Made by a program: the position numbers and the translations under genes
Shown here: positions 27,996 to 43,206 of the stretch, piece after piece
How the letters are laid out: every line of letters starts with the position of its first letter
Position numbering within the stretch: the stretch's first letter is position 1
The notes under the pieces: model-generated
Database searches by the model: none
Told to the model about the DNA's origin: nothing
What the model saw: the letters and a program-made list of their open reading frames with translations, nothing else
NCBI RefSeq assembly: GCF_009914755.1
Contig: NC_060940.1
DNA: 64,000 bases
DNA from: the human T2T-CHM13v2.0 reference genome, Homo sapiens
Strand: one strand, 5' to 3'

Positions 27996-28709
27996 CTCTA
28001 AGCAAAATTACCTAGGGAGATGAGTTTTATGAGCCAGAGGAATCCTCCTCTGCATCTTTTCCCAATGTGCTTCTGCCAAGTCACTAAACCTGGAGAGGCA
28101 TCCCAAGAGCAGCCTCCCCAGGTTGGTACCTGACAGCCACACTGGGTTTTCAGCAGCTCTCTCCAGCCACTCAGGACGCTGCCCCACTTACCTAGGCTCC
28201 TCTCCCCACTCAGTTCCCCGATTAGCATAATCCTTCCCAGCTGCTGAGGCCTGCAGACTAGACATCCTCCAGTTGACCTCCCCATCATAAACTGAGATAT
28301 GATGGTCCCCCACAGCTATCTGAGGTCTTGGTCTCCCATAGGGCTGCACAGAAAGGGTGCACATTCATCCACCAAGGCATGACCCGCTGCGGCACACACA
28401 CACCCAGAACCTCATTTTACACAACACACACAAACACATCCCTACTCTATCACACATGTAATGTCACAAACACACAATCACATATTCAGTTACACGTACA
28501 TTCACATCCTCTTACTCTGTTCTACACAGAGACACACACATACATGCACACACAATATCACGGGACCAGTGATTCTCAAATGTATCTAAACATTGGCCTT
28601 ACCTGGGAGCTTTAAAAAATTCTGATGCTCAGGCCACAGCTCACACCAGTTAAGTCAGTATCTCTGGAGCTGAAAGCCAGGTACATATCTGGCTTTAAAT
28701 CTATCCAAT

Positions 28710-29670
28710 GTATATATTTATCACAGTTTCTTTATCCACTTACTGACTGATGACCATTTGGGCTACTTCCACATTTTTGCAATTGTGAATTGTGCTGCTA
28801 TAAACATGTCTGTACAAGTATCTTTTTTGTATTATGACTTCTTGTCCTCTGGGTAGGTACCCAGTAGTGGGATTGCTGGATCAAATGGTAGTTTTATTTT
28901 CAGTTCTTCAAGGAATATTCACAATGTTTTCCATAGTGGTTGTACTAGTTTACATTCCAACTAGCAGAGTAGAAGTGTTCCCTTTTCACTTCATCCATGC
29001 CAACATCTATTATTTTTTTATTTTCTTGATTATGGCCATTCTTGCAGGAATAAGGTGGTATCACATTGTGGTTTTGATTTGCATTTCCCCGATCATTAGT
29101 GATGTTGAACATTTTTTCATATGTTTGTGCCCATTTGTATATCTTCTATTGAGAACTGTGTATTCATGTCCTTAGCCCACTTTTTGATGGGATTATTTGT
29201 TTTTCCTTGCTAATTTGAGTTCATTGTACATATGGTGGAATACTACTCAGCCATAAAAATGAATGAATTAATGGTATTCACAGCAACCTGGATGGGACTG
29301 GAGATAATTATTCTAAGTGAAGTAACTCAGGAATGGAAAACCAAACATCATATGTTCTCACTCATAAGTGGGAGCTAAGCTATGAGGATGCAAAGGCGCA
29401 AGAATGATACAATGGACTTTGGGGACTCAGAGGGAAAGCGGGGAGGGAGTAAGGGATAAGATACTACAAAGTGGGTTCAGTGAGTACTGCTCGGATGGTG
29501 GGTGCACCGAGATCTCACAAATCACCACTGAAGAACTTACTTATGTAACCAAATACCGCCTGCTTCCCAAAAGCCTATGGAAATAAAAACTTAAAAAAAA
29601 AAAACAAAAAAAAACTCAGGGAACTGTAAAAAAAAAAATAAACAAAATAAAATTCTACCAAAAAAAATAA
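28710..29670 (+). mobile_element. L1PB1-like element with 5' inversion, inside a MER5
   Basis: About 28710-29228 is antisense ORF2 end; 29229-29590 is sense 3' end (gctatgaggatgcaaaggc..cctatggaaataaaaa) plus A tail. Confidence 0.88.
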
Positions 29671-29912
29671 CGTACCCAAGTGATTCTAATGTGCAACCAA
29701 GGTTGAAATCTACTACTCTACACCATGGCCTTATGGCTAACAGAAAAAAGAAATAAGAGGGTGTCAATTTCCTTTCACAATGGAAGGGGCAAGAGAAATG
29801 GAGAAAACTGAATTTAAACGACTTCCAAACATCTCTGGTGGAATCCCCGGAGTCATAAATATCCAGACCACTTGTCTGGTGTTTCTCGTACACGTCCCAC
29901 CATGTCTTTTTC

Positions 29913-30195
29913 CATTTGTGGATGTCCATTAGTCAACGACCACTAGGAACACACTTTCATCAAACAAAGTTGGGTTTATTGATCCAATGCATTGGAGGAA
30001 ATGGTGCACCGTGGAGAACCATGAGGCATCAGTGTAAGAGACTGAGCAGAGCTTCTTGCAGGATTTGGGCTTGTGCCGTACACTGTGGAGGAGGTTTCAA
30101 GGAAGCAGGGATTGGATATGTCAGGAAGGGAGGCCAGTTCCATGACTAGGGCTTATCTAGGGGTCAAGAGGAATGAAGTTGACCTAAAACTCTAC

Positions 30196-30229
<34 letters not shown>

Positions 30230-30505
30230 GTTATTATTGATAAAGAAGCAGGCATAAGGCAGGAAATAAAGATATTTTATGATTCTTATGCTTTGGACAA
30301 TGTTCTTGCTTTTGTTTGTGCTCAGACACAATTATGGGCCAGTCTTGTGTTTGTCTTTCTCCATCATTAGCTGCAGAGTGGTCCTTATCTGACGTTTATC
30401 ATTTGTGAAATTGTTCCTGTTCAGGAGGACAGCGGGAGAGACTAGCTGGACATGCCAGGCCAGCTCCCGCCTGTCAGCAGCTGCCTTTTTCTTTCCCCTA
30501 TCTCA
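29913..30505 (-). mobile_element. ERV solo LTR (MER76-like)
   Basis: Antisense AATAAA at about 29973; reverse complement starts gaaagaaaaaggcagctgctgacaggcgggagctggcctggc. Confidence 0.55.
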
Positions 30506-30649
30506 TCCTCTGTTCTCCACATTAACTCTGTGTTGTTTCTTTGCTTCTAAAATGTGTCTGCTTCTTCCACAAGGTGATGAAGTTCATCTTTTCAACGTCC
30601 TTTATAACACATGGCACAGTGCTAGGCACATCGGCGAGGGAACTCTAAC

Positions 30650-30800
30650 ATTCTGAAAAGAACATGAGGTTTTGATTTGGAATCAGAAGACCCGCTTTCA
30701 ATTCCTGCTTTCTACTTGCTAAGTATGCAATTTGGGCAAGTGGCTCAATTTCTCTGAGCCCCAGATGGGGATGATAATCCCTGTCTAGTTCACTGGATTT
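30650..30800 (+). mobile_element. MIR SINE
   Basis: ggaatcagaagacc...ttgggcaagtggctcaatttctctgagcc. Confidence 0.7.
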
Positions 30801-31279
30801 CCAGGAAAAGGAAAATGAGACAACTCTGCAACCACAAGGAGTTGACAAAGCAGCAGATTCTCGAGAAATGTGCAAAGGGTAAGTCAATGAAGAGAAGAGG
30901 TGATTGGTTTGACCAATACCTTTATCAAGAGTTGCAAAGGACAATGGCTTAAGAGACCTCTAAAGATGCCATAGTGGATACAGGAAGTCGAAAAACAGGT
31001 GGAGTTCTAGTCACCCAGGTGATCCTTCAGCTCTTAGAAATGGCCTTCAAGATAAGCAACTAGAGGTTGAATTTGTTTAGAATGCCGCACTCCAGCAGTT
31101 TCTGCACGCCTACTATGTGCCAGGCATTGTGATACAGATGTAGAAAAAAAAATTAGAGTTTTTTTTTTTTCCCCAAAGATGCTTCTAGTCTTTTGGGAGA
31201 AAGAAAGGTTTCAACTTGACATAATAAACAATAGAGGCACTTACAAAGTACAGCACAGCATAGAGCAAACAGGAGTTAA

Positions 31280-31678
<399 letters not shown>

Positions 31679-32384
31679 AAGCTGGGCTTTTGAAGGATGG
31701 ATAAGAGGTTTCCAGGCAGATAGATGAGGAAATGTGAAGGGGAATATTCCAGCAGAAGTGTGAGGGGCAGTGGGTTCAAAGGTACAACAGTATGAACTAC
31801 TCTGATGTAACCCGAGATCTTGAAACCCATTTATAAATAAGCGGTGATATGAGTGGGTATGAGACAGTCATATCCACCCCAGCTCATAACAACATTGTTT
31901 AGGGCACAGCCCTGGGCTCTTCCCTTGGCATTTGTCTTTTTAGCAGACATTCAGAAGCTGATTTAGGGGCAGCTGTCAAGAGCTTTGAGCTTCACAGACC
32001 ATGTGAGTGAACTTCCTCTGGGTAACCAAAACGGAGAGAAATCTGGCCAAATGTACTGGCCAGAGAGAACTTCCTTAAAGGATCCTTTTAAAATACACTA
32101 CATACAATTCAGAGGAGCGGGTACCTCCTGGGTACCTTCCACTGGGGTGGATATTCTTTCCAGCTCCCCCTTGCTGAATTCACACCATAGCCAACTGGCT
32201 AATGAGCCACTTGAGCCACGTCCACATGTCAGCTGTCCCAGAAGCAGTTAACCTTGAAACAATTGTGCCCCGCCCCCGCCACAAAGGCAAGCATACAGTA
32301 ATGCTCACTTCTAGAATCCCTCTTCTGGGTGACCGAGGGCCTGATGAAGACACAGGTGCCACAACACATATAAAGAGGCCATCT

Positions 32385-33137
<753 letters not shown>

Positions 33138-33400
33138 TCATCTGCATCTCTAGAAGTTTACATATTCAACTTGGGTTTTTAGAAAAGCATTTAACCATCT
33201 CACTAAAAAAATGAGAGTTATCAGTTTCAGAAGAATTTAATATTGAGTGCTGTGAGAGAAGATCAGAGAAAATCCTGATTAGGAGTAGGAAGCTGTGTTG
33301 AGGAAGTCAGGTCTTCAAGTCACTGTGCCATCCTCAGGCACCACCTACAAGGGGCACTCAGCACTCTCAGAGCTGTTCTGATTCCTAGTCTGAACTTCCC

Positions 33401-33515
33401 CTCCCAAAGGCTCCACATCCTAATACCATCACATTGGGGGTTAGAATTTAAAAACGTAAATTTTAGGCCAGCCATGGTGGCTTATACCTGTAATCTCAGC
33501 ACTTTGGGGGGCTGA
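33401..33515 (+). repeat. non-tandem local duplicate of 32654-32769 (MLT1A/Alu junction)
   Basis: Direct comparison, roughly 10 differences over 115 bp. Confidence 0.9.
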
Positions 33516-33679
33516 TATATCTTTCATATAGCTTTCCATTTTTCCCACGCTGCCTTTGACACTCCTAGGTATCAACCTCGCTCTGTGCTCTCCTATTATC
33601 CTACCCTCTTCCCTCTATAAACCTTAGGCTTAAAACTACTTCCCTGACTCGATCCCTACTGATATTTTTCTCTTTTTAC

Positions 33680-34435
<756 letters not shown>

Positions 34436-34699
34436 AAAGTCCTGCACTGCCTTTGTTCAATGTGCGAAAAATAGTTCTTTCATATATATTGTCCAGTTGT
34501 CTAACGTCTCATGGTGGGCAAGATAATCTTTAGTTATTATCAACAAATTGGCCTCCCTGCCGCACCCAGACCTGCTGTCCTCATCCTATTCCAGGATGCG
34601 CTGTTTGGCTCAACCCTAAGACCCTCCTCTCCCAGAGAAGCATTTCTACCAGGCGTGCCGCTGCCCTAAAAATAGAAAACAGATATTTAAAAATCAGAC

Positions 34700-35225
34700 T
34701 TTGGTAATCAGGTTAACATCAACCAATGAAAAGTCATGGTGACGGCATGCATTCCCTGACACGATGTCACAAGAAGGGCACTTTTCTCCATAGTATTCTT
34801 CACCAAGACTGCAACACCAGGTTGATTAATCATGAGAAACCCAAATTGACAGGTAACATAACACCTGGCCAGTACTCTTGAAACCTGTCAAGGTCAAGAA
34901 AAAACAGGAACGACTGAGAAACTGTCACAGACCAAAGGACAGGAAGGAGACATGACCACGAAGTATAAAGCAATATCCTAAATGGGGTCTTAGACCAACA
35001 ACAACAAAAAATGACATTAATGGAAAAACTGGTAAATCCGCATAAAGTCCAGAGTTTGGTGGAGAGTAATGTACCAGTGTTGGTTTCTTGGTTTTGACAA
35101 ATGTACATTCCATGTTGATATAAGAGGTTACAAAAGAGGAAACTAGGTAAGGGAACTGTCTGTACTATTTTTGCAACTTTTCTGCAAACATAAAATTATT
35201 CCAAAATAAAAAATTAATTTAAAAA
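34700..35225 (+). mobile_element. L1MC4-like 3' end
   Basis: tggccagtactcttgaaacctgtcaaggtc...ttgcaacttttctg..aaaattattccaaaataaaa. Confidence 0.75.
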
Positions 35226-36286
35226 ATGTCAAGCTGTAACAGTCTCAGCCCATGATGGCCAATAAAGCAATAACCCTGAGCTGTGGCCGTTGAGTCTAAG
35301 CCTGCTCTGCTGCCCCTACACCTGCATTTTCTGAGAAAGGTGAATGACCCCTCATCTGTTTGCACTTCCGGTTTATTTTTTCTTTGCTCTTTGTCCAGAT
35401 CTTCTTGGGATTTGTGATTGTTACATCACTGCATTGTTAATACAGCCAGAAATCCTTCCCGTGGCCTTTCCCACAGGTTGGGTGATAAACTGCCCCAACC
35501 CAAGGAGGGAGAGACGCTCCTTTGAACAAAGCAGAGACGTGTTCACATTCAATTCCAGCTAGCTCCAGGAAGAGGAAGAGAAAGCTGTGGGGGCACATAC
35601 CCTCCAAAGTTCTTTGGGTAGCATTATGGCCTCTAATACCCTGGCTTTTCCATCATTTTCCCTTTTTCACTGGAAAGCAAAGCACCCCAGAGTGGGTAAG
35701 GCTGCCATTTTACAAACCCTGCGCCCTGCTCTGTAGTTTTATTTCCCAAGGTTAACGATCCAAATAAATCGGCCCTGTCTTGCCTCTGCTAAGCTGCTTG
35801 AGAAATGTTTTATAGTCAACATAGATCAGATTGGTACCTTATTCCTTTGAAAGTTGTCCTCGGTAGAAGTTCTCGCTCTACCTAATGAACCAATATTAGT
35901 TTAACTACATGTTATTAATTAAAAGTGGAATTTTATGCAGAATCTTTTTCCCCTACTAAAGAAGAAAAAGGAATATTGTACTTCACAGATTCTTAACAGA
36001 ATAGTAGTCTCTGGATTTATGGGCCTCTTTTAATGGACATCATGAAATATCTTTTAAGGCTATCCTACCCTTAGGGACTTCATTCTTCTTCCACACAAGA
36101 TCTGGTCACAGGTAACTCTCTATAGCCCAGGTCATTTAGCTTTCATGTGTGGGAGAAGACCTTTCATCTTAGGTTCTCAACCTTTTCTTCATCCCAAACC
36201 TTTTCCTGGTAAGTCAACATGAATTGTGTGCACAAGAAAACAAATGCCATGTCTCCTGGCCATTCTGGCCACAGATTTAGGGGAAT

Positions 36287-36820
36287 GTCTTTATTTGGGT
36301 TATTCCAGAAGTAAACCCTGAAATAAGGATTCAAGTTGCAAGTACCTTATTAGGAAGTGCTCCAAGACCACATGAGCAGGGAGAAGTAAGACAGGGAAGC
36401 GATGGAAATTCATATAAAGGGGGTGTTATCAGGTAATTCATACAAACGGGTTATGTATGAATAAGTTATCATATAAAGGGGGTAGTTATTAGTATGGGTA
36501 ACTGGGGCTTATCTACACTGGCATACTCTGGATCCAATACAGAATGCACACCTCGGAGTCATCCACCAGGGAGACTGGGAGCTGGGTCTTCATTCCTCAT
36601 CTTTCAATTGTCACAGGTTGGCAGCTACTCCTGGGGGGTGTTAATTTCCCAACCCTCCTGGCCTCCCCTTCTAGCCTCTGTCCATGGGCAGAGTGGACTC
36701 CAATGATCAAAGAGAGCCTTCAAGCAAAGAGACACAGGCGCTGGCAGTTGCAAATTAGGCCAACTTCCAGGGAAACTGTGAGAGCTGATAGGAGATGGCT
36801 GGCCACCAGAAGTACATGCA
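36287..36820 (-). mobile_element. ERVL LTR (LTR33-like)
   Basis: tgtctttatttgggttattccagaagtaaaccctgaaataaggatt... Confidence 0.65.
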
Positions 36821-36931
36821 AATCAGTGCACCAAGGCAGAGATGGGGATGCAGCCCAGCCCTCCAGCCCTCTGGCCATGTTGGATAAATCACGCTTCTGC
36901 CTTTAGCATCAAGAGAACACCTGGCATGATT

Positions 36932-36973
36932 TCAGACAAGATCGGGCACGTTCAGGGTTGTATGGCCATAGAC
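36932..36973 (-). pseudogene. 5S rRNA 5'-fragment (nt 1-42) tailless retropseudogene
   Basis: Reverse complement GTCTATGGCCATACAACCCTGAACGTGCCCGATCTTGTCTGA vs 5S GTCTACGGCCATACCACCCTGAACGCGCCCGATCTCGTCTGA: 38/42, three mismatches at CpG; flanked by direct repeat acctggcatgatttca. Confidence 0.93.
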
Positions 36974-37069
36974 ACCTGGCATGATTTCAAAAGTGTGATG
37001 GGTTAGTCCAGCTCCAGGAACCTGCTGGCTGGAAGTCAGCATGCTGCCTCTCTTTGTGTGGTCCTAGGT

Positions 37070-37325
37070 AGTGACACAGTAGAAAGATGATGAGCCAGTA
37101 GGACTGGTTCTGCCACTAGTGGTTACCTTAGGAAAGTCACTTGACCTCTCTGAAACTCAGTTTCTTCTATCTGTGATTGATTGATTGACAGATAGATAGA
37201 TCGATGAGACTATCTAAGATGTGATCTCATTAGTACTTACCCTGAATGAAAGCTAATATATCTCATCTATAATTAAGAAAGCTAGGGTGTCCTGTGTTGC
37301 TGAGTCAAATGAGATAATGTACTCA
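37070..37325 (+). mobile_element. MIR SINE with internal (GATT/GATA)n
   Basis: ccttaggaaagtcacttgacctctctgaaactcagtttc. Confidence 0.7.
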
Positions 37326-37332
37326 TCAGGCT

Positions 37333-37731
37333 CTGTTATGAACTAAATGTTTGTGTTTCCCCAAAATTTGTAGGTTGAAATTCTAATCTTCCATGTGATG
37401 GTATTTGGAGGTGGGGCCTTTAGCATGTAGTTTTACATGAGGTCATGAGGGTGGTGCTCTCATAATGGGATTAGCGTCCTTCTAAGAAGAGGAAGAGACA
37501 GAATAACTCTCTCCAAGAACACAAACCACAGAAAGGCCATGTGAGGACACAGCAAGAAGGAAACTGTCTAGAAGCCAGGAAGAGGACCCTCAGAATGAGG
37601 GTCTGCAGAATGAATCTGCAGACGACTTGATCTTGGACTTCTCAGCTACCAGAATCATGAAAAATACAATCTGTTGTTTAAGCCACTCAGTCTCTGGTAT
37701 TTTGTTACAGCAGTTCTAGCTGACAAAGACA
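37333..37731 (+). mobile_element. MLT1A/B-like LTR
   Basis: tgttatgaactaaatgtttgtg...tttaagccactcagtctctggtattttgttacagcag..aagaca. Confidence 0.85.
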
Positions 37732-38070
37732 GCATCCTACAAAAGATAAGGTAGTGTTGATAAGAACTCCATAAGGATGGCAAAAATACAGCCCAAAGTA
37801 ACCCAGGGTATCCTGGGTTACTAAAGATATTGTAACCAATGTATGAAAATGGATATGAGATTTCAGGGGTTGTAAGAAACATAAATATCAAATGGAACTC
37901 ATGATCTTTGTTTGGATCCTGGCTTTAAAAAAACAATTATAAATATATATTTGAAACAAATGGAGAAATTTGAACATGGAGCAACATATTAGATGATATT
38001 AAGGAATTTGTATTTATTTTGTTAGGTGCAATATGGTATATGGTACTATGGTTTTGTAGGAAAGTGATCT

Positions 38071-38429
<359 letters not shown>

Positions 38430-38659
38430 TAATGTAAAATAATTGAGTAAAATCTGGCAAAATGCTAACAAATGCTATGTGGTAGCTATATTCATTATAC
38501 TGTTTTCTCTACTTTTTATATGTTTGAAAAGTTCCATAATAAAAATTTTATAATGTTTTAAAGGAACTTTTAAAATATATTTTTCAAATATCAAAAAAAG
38601 TAGACAGCACAATTGGGATTTATTTATGTTGCTGTATTGAACCCTAGTTCATTTATTTT

Positions 38660-39815
38660 TTATTGAAAATTTTATTGGGATAATTATAGATTCACATGTA
38701 GTTGTGAGAAATAATAGAGTTTCCATGTATACTTTACCCAGTGGTAACATTTTGCAAAACTAGGGTATAATATCATAACCAGGATATTGACATTGATTGA
38801 ATCTAATCTTCTTCCAAATTCCCTTGTTTTACTTGTACTCATTGGTATCTATGTGCATAGTGAACTGTATACAATTTTATCATGCATGTAAATGCGTGTC
38901 ACGATACTGAAAAGTTCCATCACTCCAAGGATCCCTCATGTTGTCCTTTTAAAACCACGCCCATCTCCCCTTCTTCACCGCCCCCATCTCTAAAGTCTGG
39001 CTCCCCTACTTTTAAAATTTTTGTCATTTCAAAAATGTTCTATAAATGGAATCATATAGCATGGAGCCTTTAGTGATCAGCTTTTCTTAGTTGGCATAAT
39101 TCCCCGGATATTTATTTGAGTTATTGCATGCATCAAAAGTGTAGCCCTTCCTCTTGTTGAGTCCTGTTCCATGAAATCTCCCTATCACGGTTTGCTAAAC
39201 CATTCACCTGTTGAAGGATGTCTGGGCTGACTCCAGTTTGGGGGCTATTACAAATAAAGCTGTTATAAATATTTGTATACAGGTTTGAGCATACATTTTC
39301 ATTTCTCTGGCAGAAATGTTCAGGAGTATAATTGCTGGGTCATATGCTAACTGTATGATTCATTTTATTTTTAAAAACTGCCAAACTGTTTTCCAAAGTG
39401 GCTGTATCATTTTACATTCCCCACCAGCACTGTGCCAGGGATCCAGGTTTCCCACAACCCTGTCAGCATTTGCTGTTGTGACTACTTTTTATTTTAGCCT
39501 TCTGATAGATGTGTAGTGATTTCTCATTGTCTTAATTTGCCTTCCCCTGATGGCTAAAGATCCTGAGCATCTTTTCCTGTCCTTATCTGCCATCTGTATA
39601 TCCTGCTCTGTGAAATGCCTGTTCAGGCTTTCCCATTTCCTAATTGGACTATGTTTGTTTTGTTTTTACTGTTGAATCTTGGGAGTTCCTTGTATATTTA
39701 GATCCTAACACCTTGTCAGATATGTGGTTTGTAAATATTATTTCCCAGTCTATCATGTGTCTTCACATGAGCTTTCTCAGAGCAAAAGTTTTTAGTTTTG
39801 ATGAGATCCAATTTA
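38660..39815 (-). mobile_element. L1MC-like 3' region
   Basis: gataattatagattcacatgtagttgtgagaaataat...aactgccaaactgttttccaaagtggctg. Confidence 0.85.
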
Positions 39816-39859
39816 AGCTCATGGATTGTTCACTGTTCTATAGTAATCCACTGTGGCTA

Positions 39860-40322
39860 TACCACAATGTGTGGGCCAGACCAAGTGACTTCCTGCTAAC
39901 AAATAGAATATCACTAAAGTGATGAGATAATTGAGGTTAGGCTGTTAAAAAAAAAAAAAACTGTGACATCTGTCTTGCTTACCCTCTCTCACTCTCTCGC
40001 TGGTTCACTCTAAGAGAACACAGCTGCCAAGTTGTGAGCTGCTCAATGGAGAATCCCAGGTGGTAAGGAACTGATGTCTCCAGCCAATAGCCAGAGAGGA
40101 TCTGAGGCTGCCAATAACCAGGTGAATGGGCTTGGAAGTGGATCCTACCCAGTCAAGCCTTGAGATGATGGCTGTAGCCCAGCCACCACCGTGATCACAG
40201 CCTGTGAGAAGGACTGAACCAGGGGTACCCAGCCAGTTCCCATCCCAAAGAAACAGTAAGAAAATAAATTGTCTAATTTTAAGCTTCTAAGTGTTGGCAT
40301 AATTTGCTATGCAGCTAATACA
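39860..40322 (+). mobile_element. MLT1F/E-like LTR
   Basis: gtgacttcctgctaacaaatagaat...tttaagcttctaagtgttggcataatttgctatgcagc. Confidence 0.8.
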
Positions 40323-40635
40323 CACAATATGTCTTATTTATGGCCATTTAAGATGTTTCCATTTTTTATTATTATAAACAGTGAAGCAATGCGGATTCTT
40401 GTAGAGATGTACTTAAGCACATATGGAATAGTTTCTTGGGGTGTATGCCTGGTAGTGAAATTTATTTATTCACTATGGAATATCAAATGCAAAATTTTAC
40501 TAGATTTTACCAAACTGTTGTCTACAGTAGTTGAAACATTCCCAACAAAAGGTATCCCCATTTCGCCACATTCTACTCAACTTTTGGTACTGCCATATTG
40601 ATGGGTGTGGAATGGCATCATATTTCTCAAAAAAA

Positions 40636-40926
40636 TTTTTGAGATAGGGTCTTGCTCTGTTGTCCAGGCAGGAGTGCAGTGGCACAATCATTGCTCACTG
40701 CAGCCTCAAAACTTCGAGACTCAAGTGATCCTCCCACCTCATCCTCTCAAGCACCTGGGTGGAAAGGTGCACAGCACCATGCCTGGCTAATTTTGTTCGT
40801 TTTTTTTAGGGAGACAGGGTTTTGCTATGTTGCCTAGGCTGCTCTCAAATCGCTGGGCTCAAGTGATCCTCCCGCCTTGGCCTGGAAAAGAGCTGGGCTT
40901 ACAGATAGGAGCCACTGTGCCTGGCC
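40636..40926 (-). mobile_element. AluJ (Jo/Jr-like)
   Basis: Diverged antisense Alu; gctcactgcagcctc, gggctcaagtgatcctcc. Confidence 0.9.
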
Positions 40927-41051
40927 ACTTAATTTTCAAATTTAATTACCCTAATTAATAAAGAAGATCTCAGTTCATATTTATCGGTCTTTGGGGTTTC
41001 TTCTTCTGCAGATTGCCTGTTCTCATCATTTTCCCCTTTTCCCTTTGGTTG

Positions 41052-41460
41052 TGTTAAATTGTTAAATTAAATAAGCAGGAGGCCATTGGCCTGAGGCTGT
41101 CTCTGTACTTTGAGTTCGTATGTAATGGACTACAACCTAATTTAGCGTGTAAACAAACCAAAATATAATTTAGGAGTCTATTTTTTGTAACAGAGAGCCA
41201 GGTCTCCACCAATCACAAACAGCCAAGCCTCACCAATCACAGGCGGCCAACCGATCAGACCATGTCCAAATAAGGCAAAGCCCAGCTGTAACCTATCAAG
41301 CTATTTCTGTATTTTACTTCCATTTTCTGTCTATAAATACTCACTGCCCACTCAGAGATGAGCTCTCCAAACTTCTCCTGGTTCTGCATGCTGTGTGATT
41401 GCTGTCATTCTTTGCCCAAAAAAACTCTGCTAGATTTATTTTTGTTAAAAGTTTTTAACA
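41052..41460 (+). mobile_element. ERV1 solo LTR (MER57-like)
   Basis: tgttaaa...ttaaca termini; 4-bp TSD gttg at 41048-41051 and 41461-41464. Confidence 0.8.
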
Positions 41461-41908
41461 GTTGTGTGTAGTTGGAATTGACTTGTAGGAGTTCCTTATG
41501 TCTTTAGGAAACTAATTCTCTGTATTGCAAATGTATTCTGCTAGTCACTGGTTTGTTGTTACACTTTGCTTATATTGTATTCAACATACAGAAGTTTTAA
41601 ATTTAGTGTAGCCAAATTTATCAATTGCTACACTTCAGGGTTCTACTTTCTTCATCTTAATTAAGCAACATGTATTTTCCCAAGATGTAAAGATATTCCA
41701 CTTTAGTTCCTTCTAAAAGCTGTAAGGCTTTGCTTTTGTTACATTTAGATCTTTGATCCACCTGGAGTTTAGAATATGATGTGACCTAAGGATGTACTAA
41801 GAAGGCTTTTCTGATTTGATAATCAATAATCCTATTCATTTAATACTTTTTCCCACTGATTTTACTTTTCTCCTGCTGATCTTAAATGCCGTCTTTGTCA
41901 TACAACCA

Positions 41909-41911
<3 letters not shown>

Positions 41912-41943
<32 letters not shown>

Positions 41944-42020
41944 CCTCTTTCTCTCTCTCTCTCTCTGTGTGTGTATGTGTGTGTGCGCCTGTATGTGTGT
42001 GAGAGAGAATGTGTGTGTGT
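41912..42020. repeat. (CT)n-(GT)n compound microsatellite within an old antisense L1M
   Basis: Direct inspection. Confidence 0.9.
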
Positions 42021-43206
42021 TATGGGGTTCTAGACTCTGTTCTGTTCACTTCATTAGTTTATTGTCTATGCCTGTGCCAATACCACAGTTTGTTAATGGA
42101 TATATGTTTTGAAGAGGTTTTGATATCAAGTAGAAAGAGCCCCAGCTCTGTTCTATTTCTAAATTATCTTCCCTTCTCTTTGCCCATTATTCCTCTGTAT
42201 GGTTTTCAGAATTGGTTTACCAAACACCACCACAATCATTGTTTGGATTTTGATGGATAAAATTTATTATTGTGGGGGGGGGAGTAAATTTGCATAACAA
42301 TAATATTGAGTCCTCCCACAAGATAAAAAACATCCTAAGCAGAGAAAAATCAATTCTTACAAAACATCTGAAAATGGTTGTATTTTATGCCCTCATCCAA
42401 GCATGTAAAGACTGTCTATAGAGCACCTGCTAAGCTTGAACTTGGCTCTCTGACCTATTATCTATGTACATTTATAACAACTCCCAGCTGTCCATCAGAC
42501 ACCCATGTTAGATGTCGAAATGTGGTTCTTAGTGCTGTTTGTCAGTATTCTACACAGAAACCCAGGAATGCCCAAACCCTTTCCTGCCAATCAGCACCAG
42601 CGACCTTTATACACAAAGGACAATAGAAGAATAAAAATAAGAATACCACTGTATTAAGATCAAAGCAAACACCCAATATCTCAGTGTAATAATTATCTGT
42701 GAAAAGTTTGAATCATGTAGCTTAAGCATTTTACCCAAGCAAGGGCTTCTCCTCCCCCTCTATAATCTAAATCTTGGAACAACTTAGAGGTAAGCAGAAG
42801 AGAGATAAAGGAGAAAGAAGACTGGCCTGAAGGGCAAATTCTGGTCTAACTTGACTAACCAACTTTAAGCTCAGAAGAGGTAATAAAAAAAAAAAAGATG
42901 GAGATAAAGGGTGGCCTGACATTAGGTCTGTAACAAGAATCACAAGAGGAGAGAGTAGAGACTAGGATTCTGCCTAAAGTACACAATATCCACTGCATCT
43001 AGTAAAACAGCACTCAATTAATATTATAGGTGCCAACCAAGGAATAGCACCTCCTCCTTCCTTGAGTAGAGAGTTAGGAAGATGGCAATGGAAGTGAACT
43101 TGGTATAAGCAGATGCACCAACTCGGATTCCCTCCCTCAAATTTGTTCACAGGCCATTCACTCACTCAGTTGTTGTTCAATCATTTATTTCTCAAACACT
43201 GTTAAG

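Noticed and set aside
36932-36973. Functional 5S rRNA gene
   Set aside because: Only nt 1-42 are present; the internal promoter and terminator are absent
36917-36989. Repeat-spacer-repeat pattern resembling a CRISPR unit
   Set aside because: Only two repeats, primate DNA, no cas genes; it is a TSD around a 5S fragment
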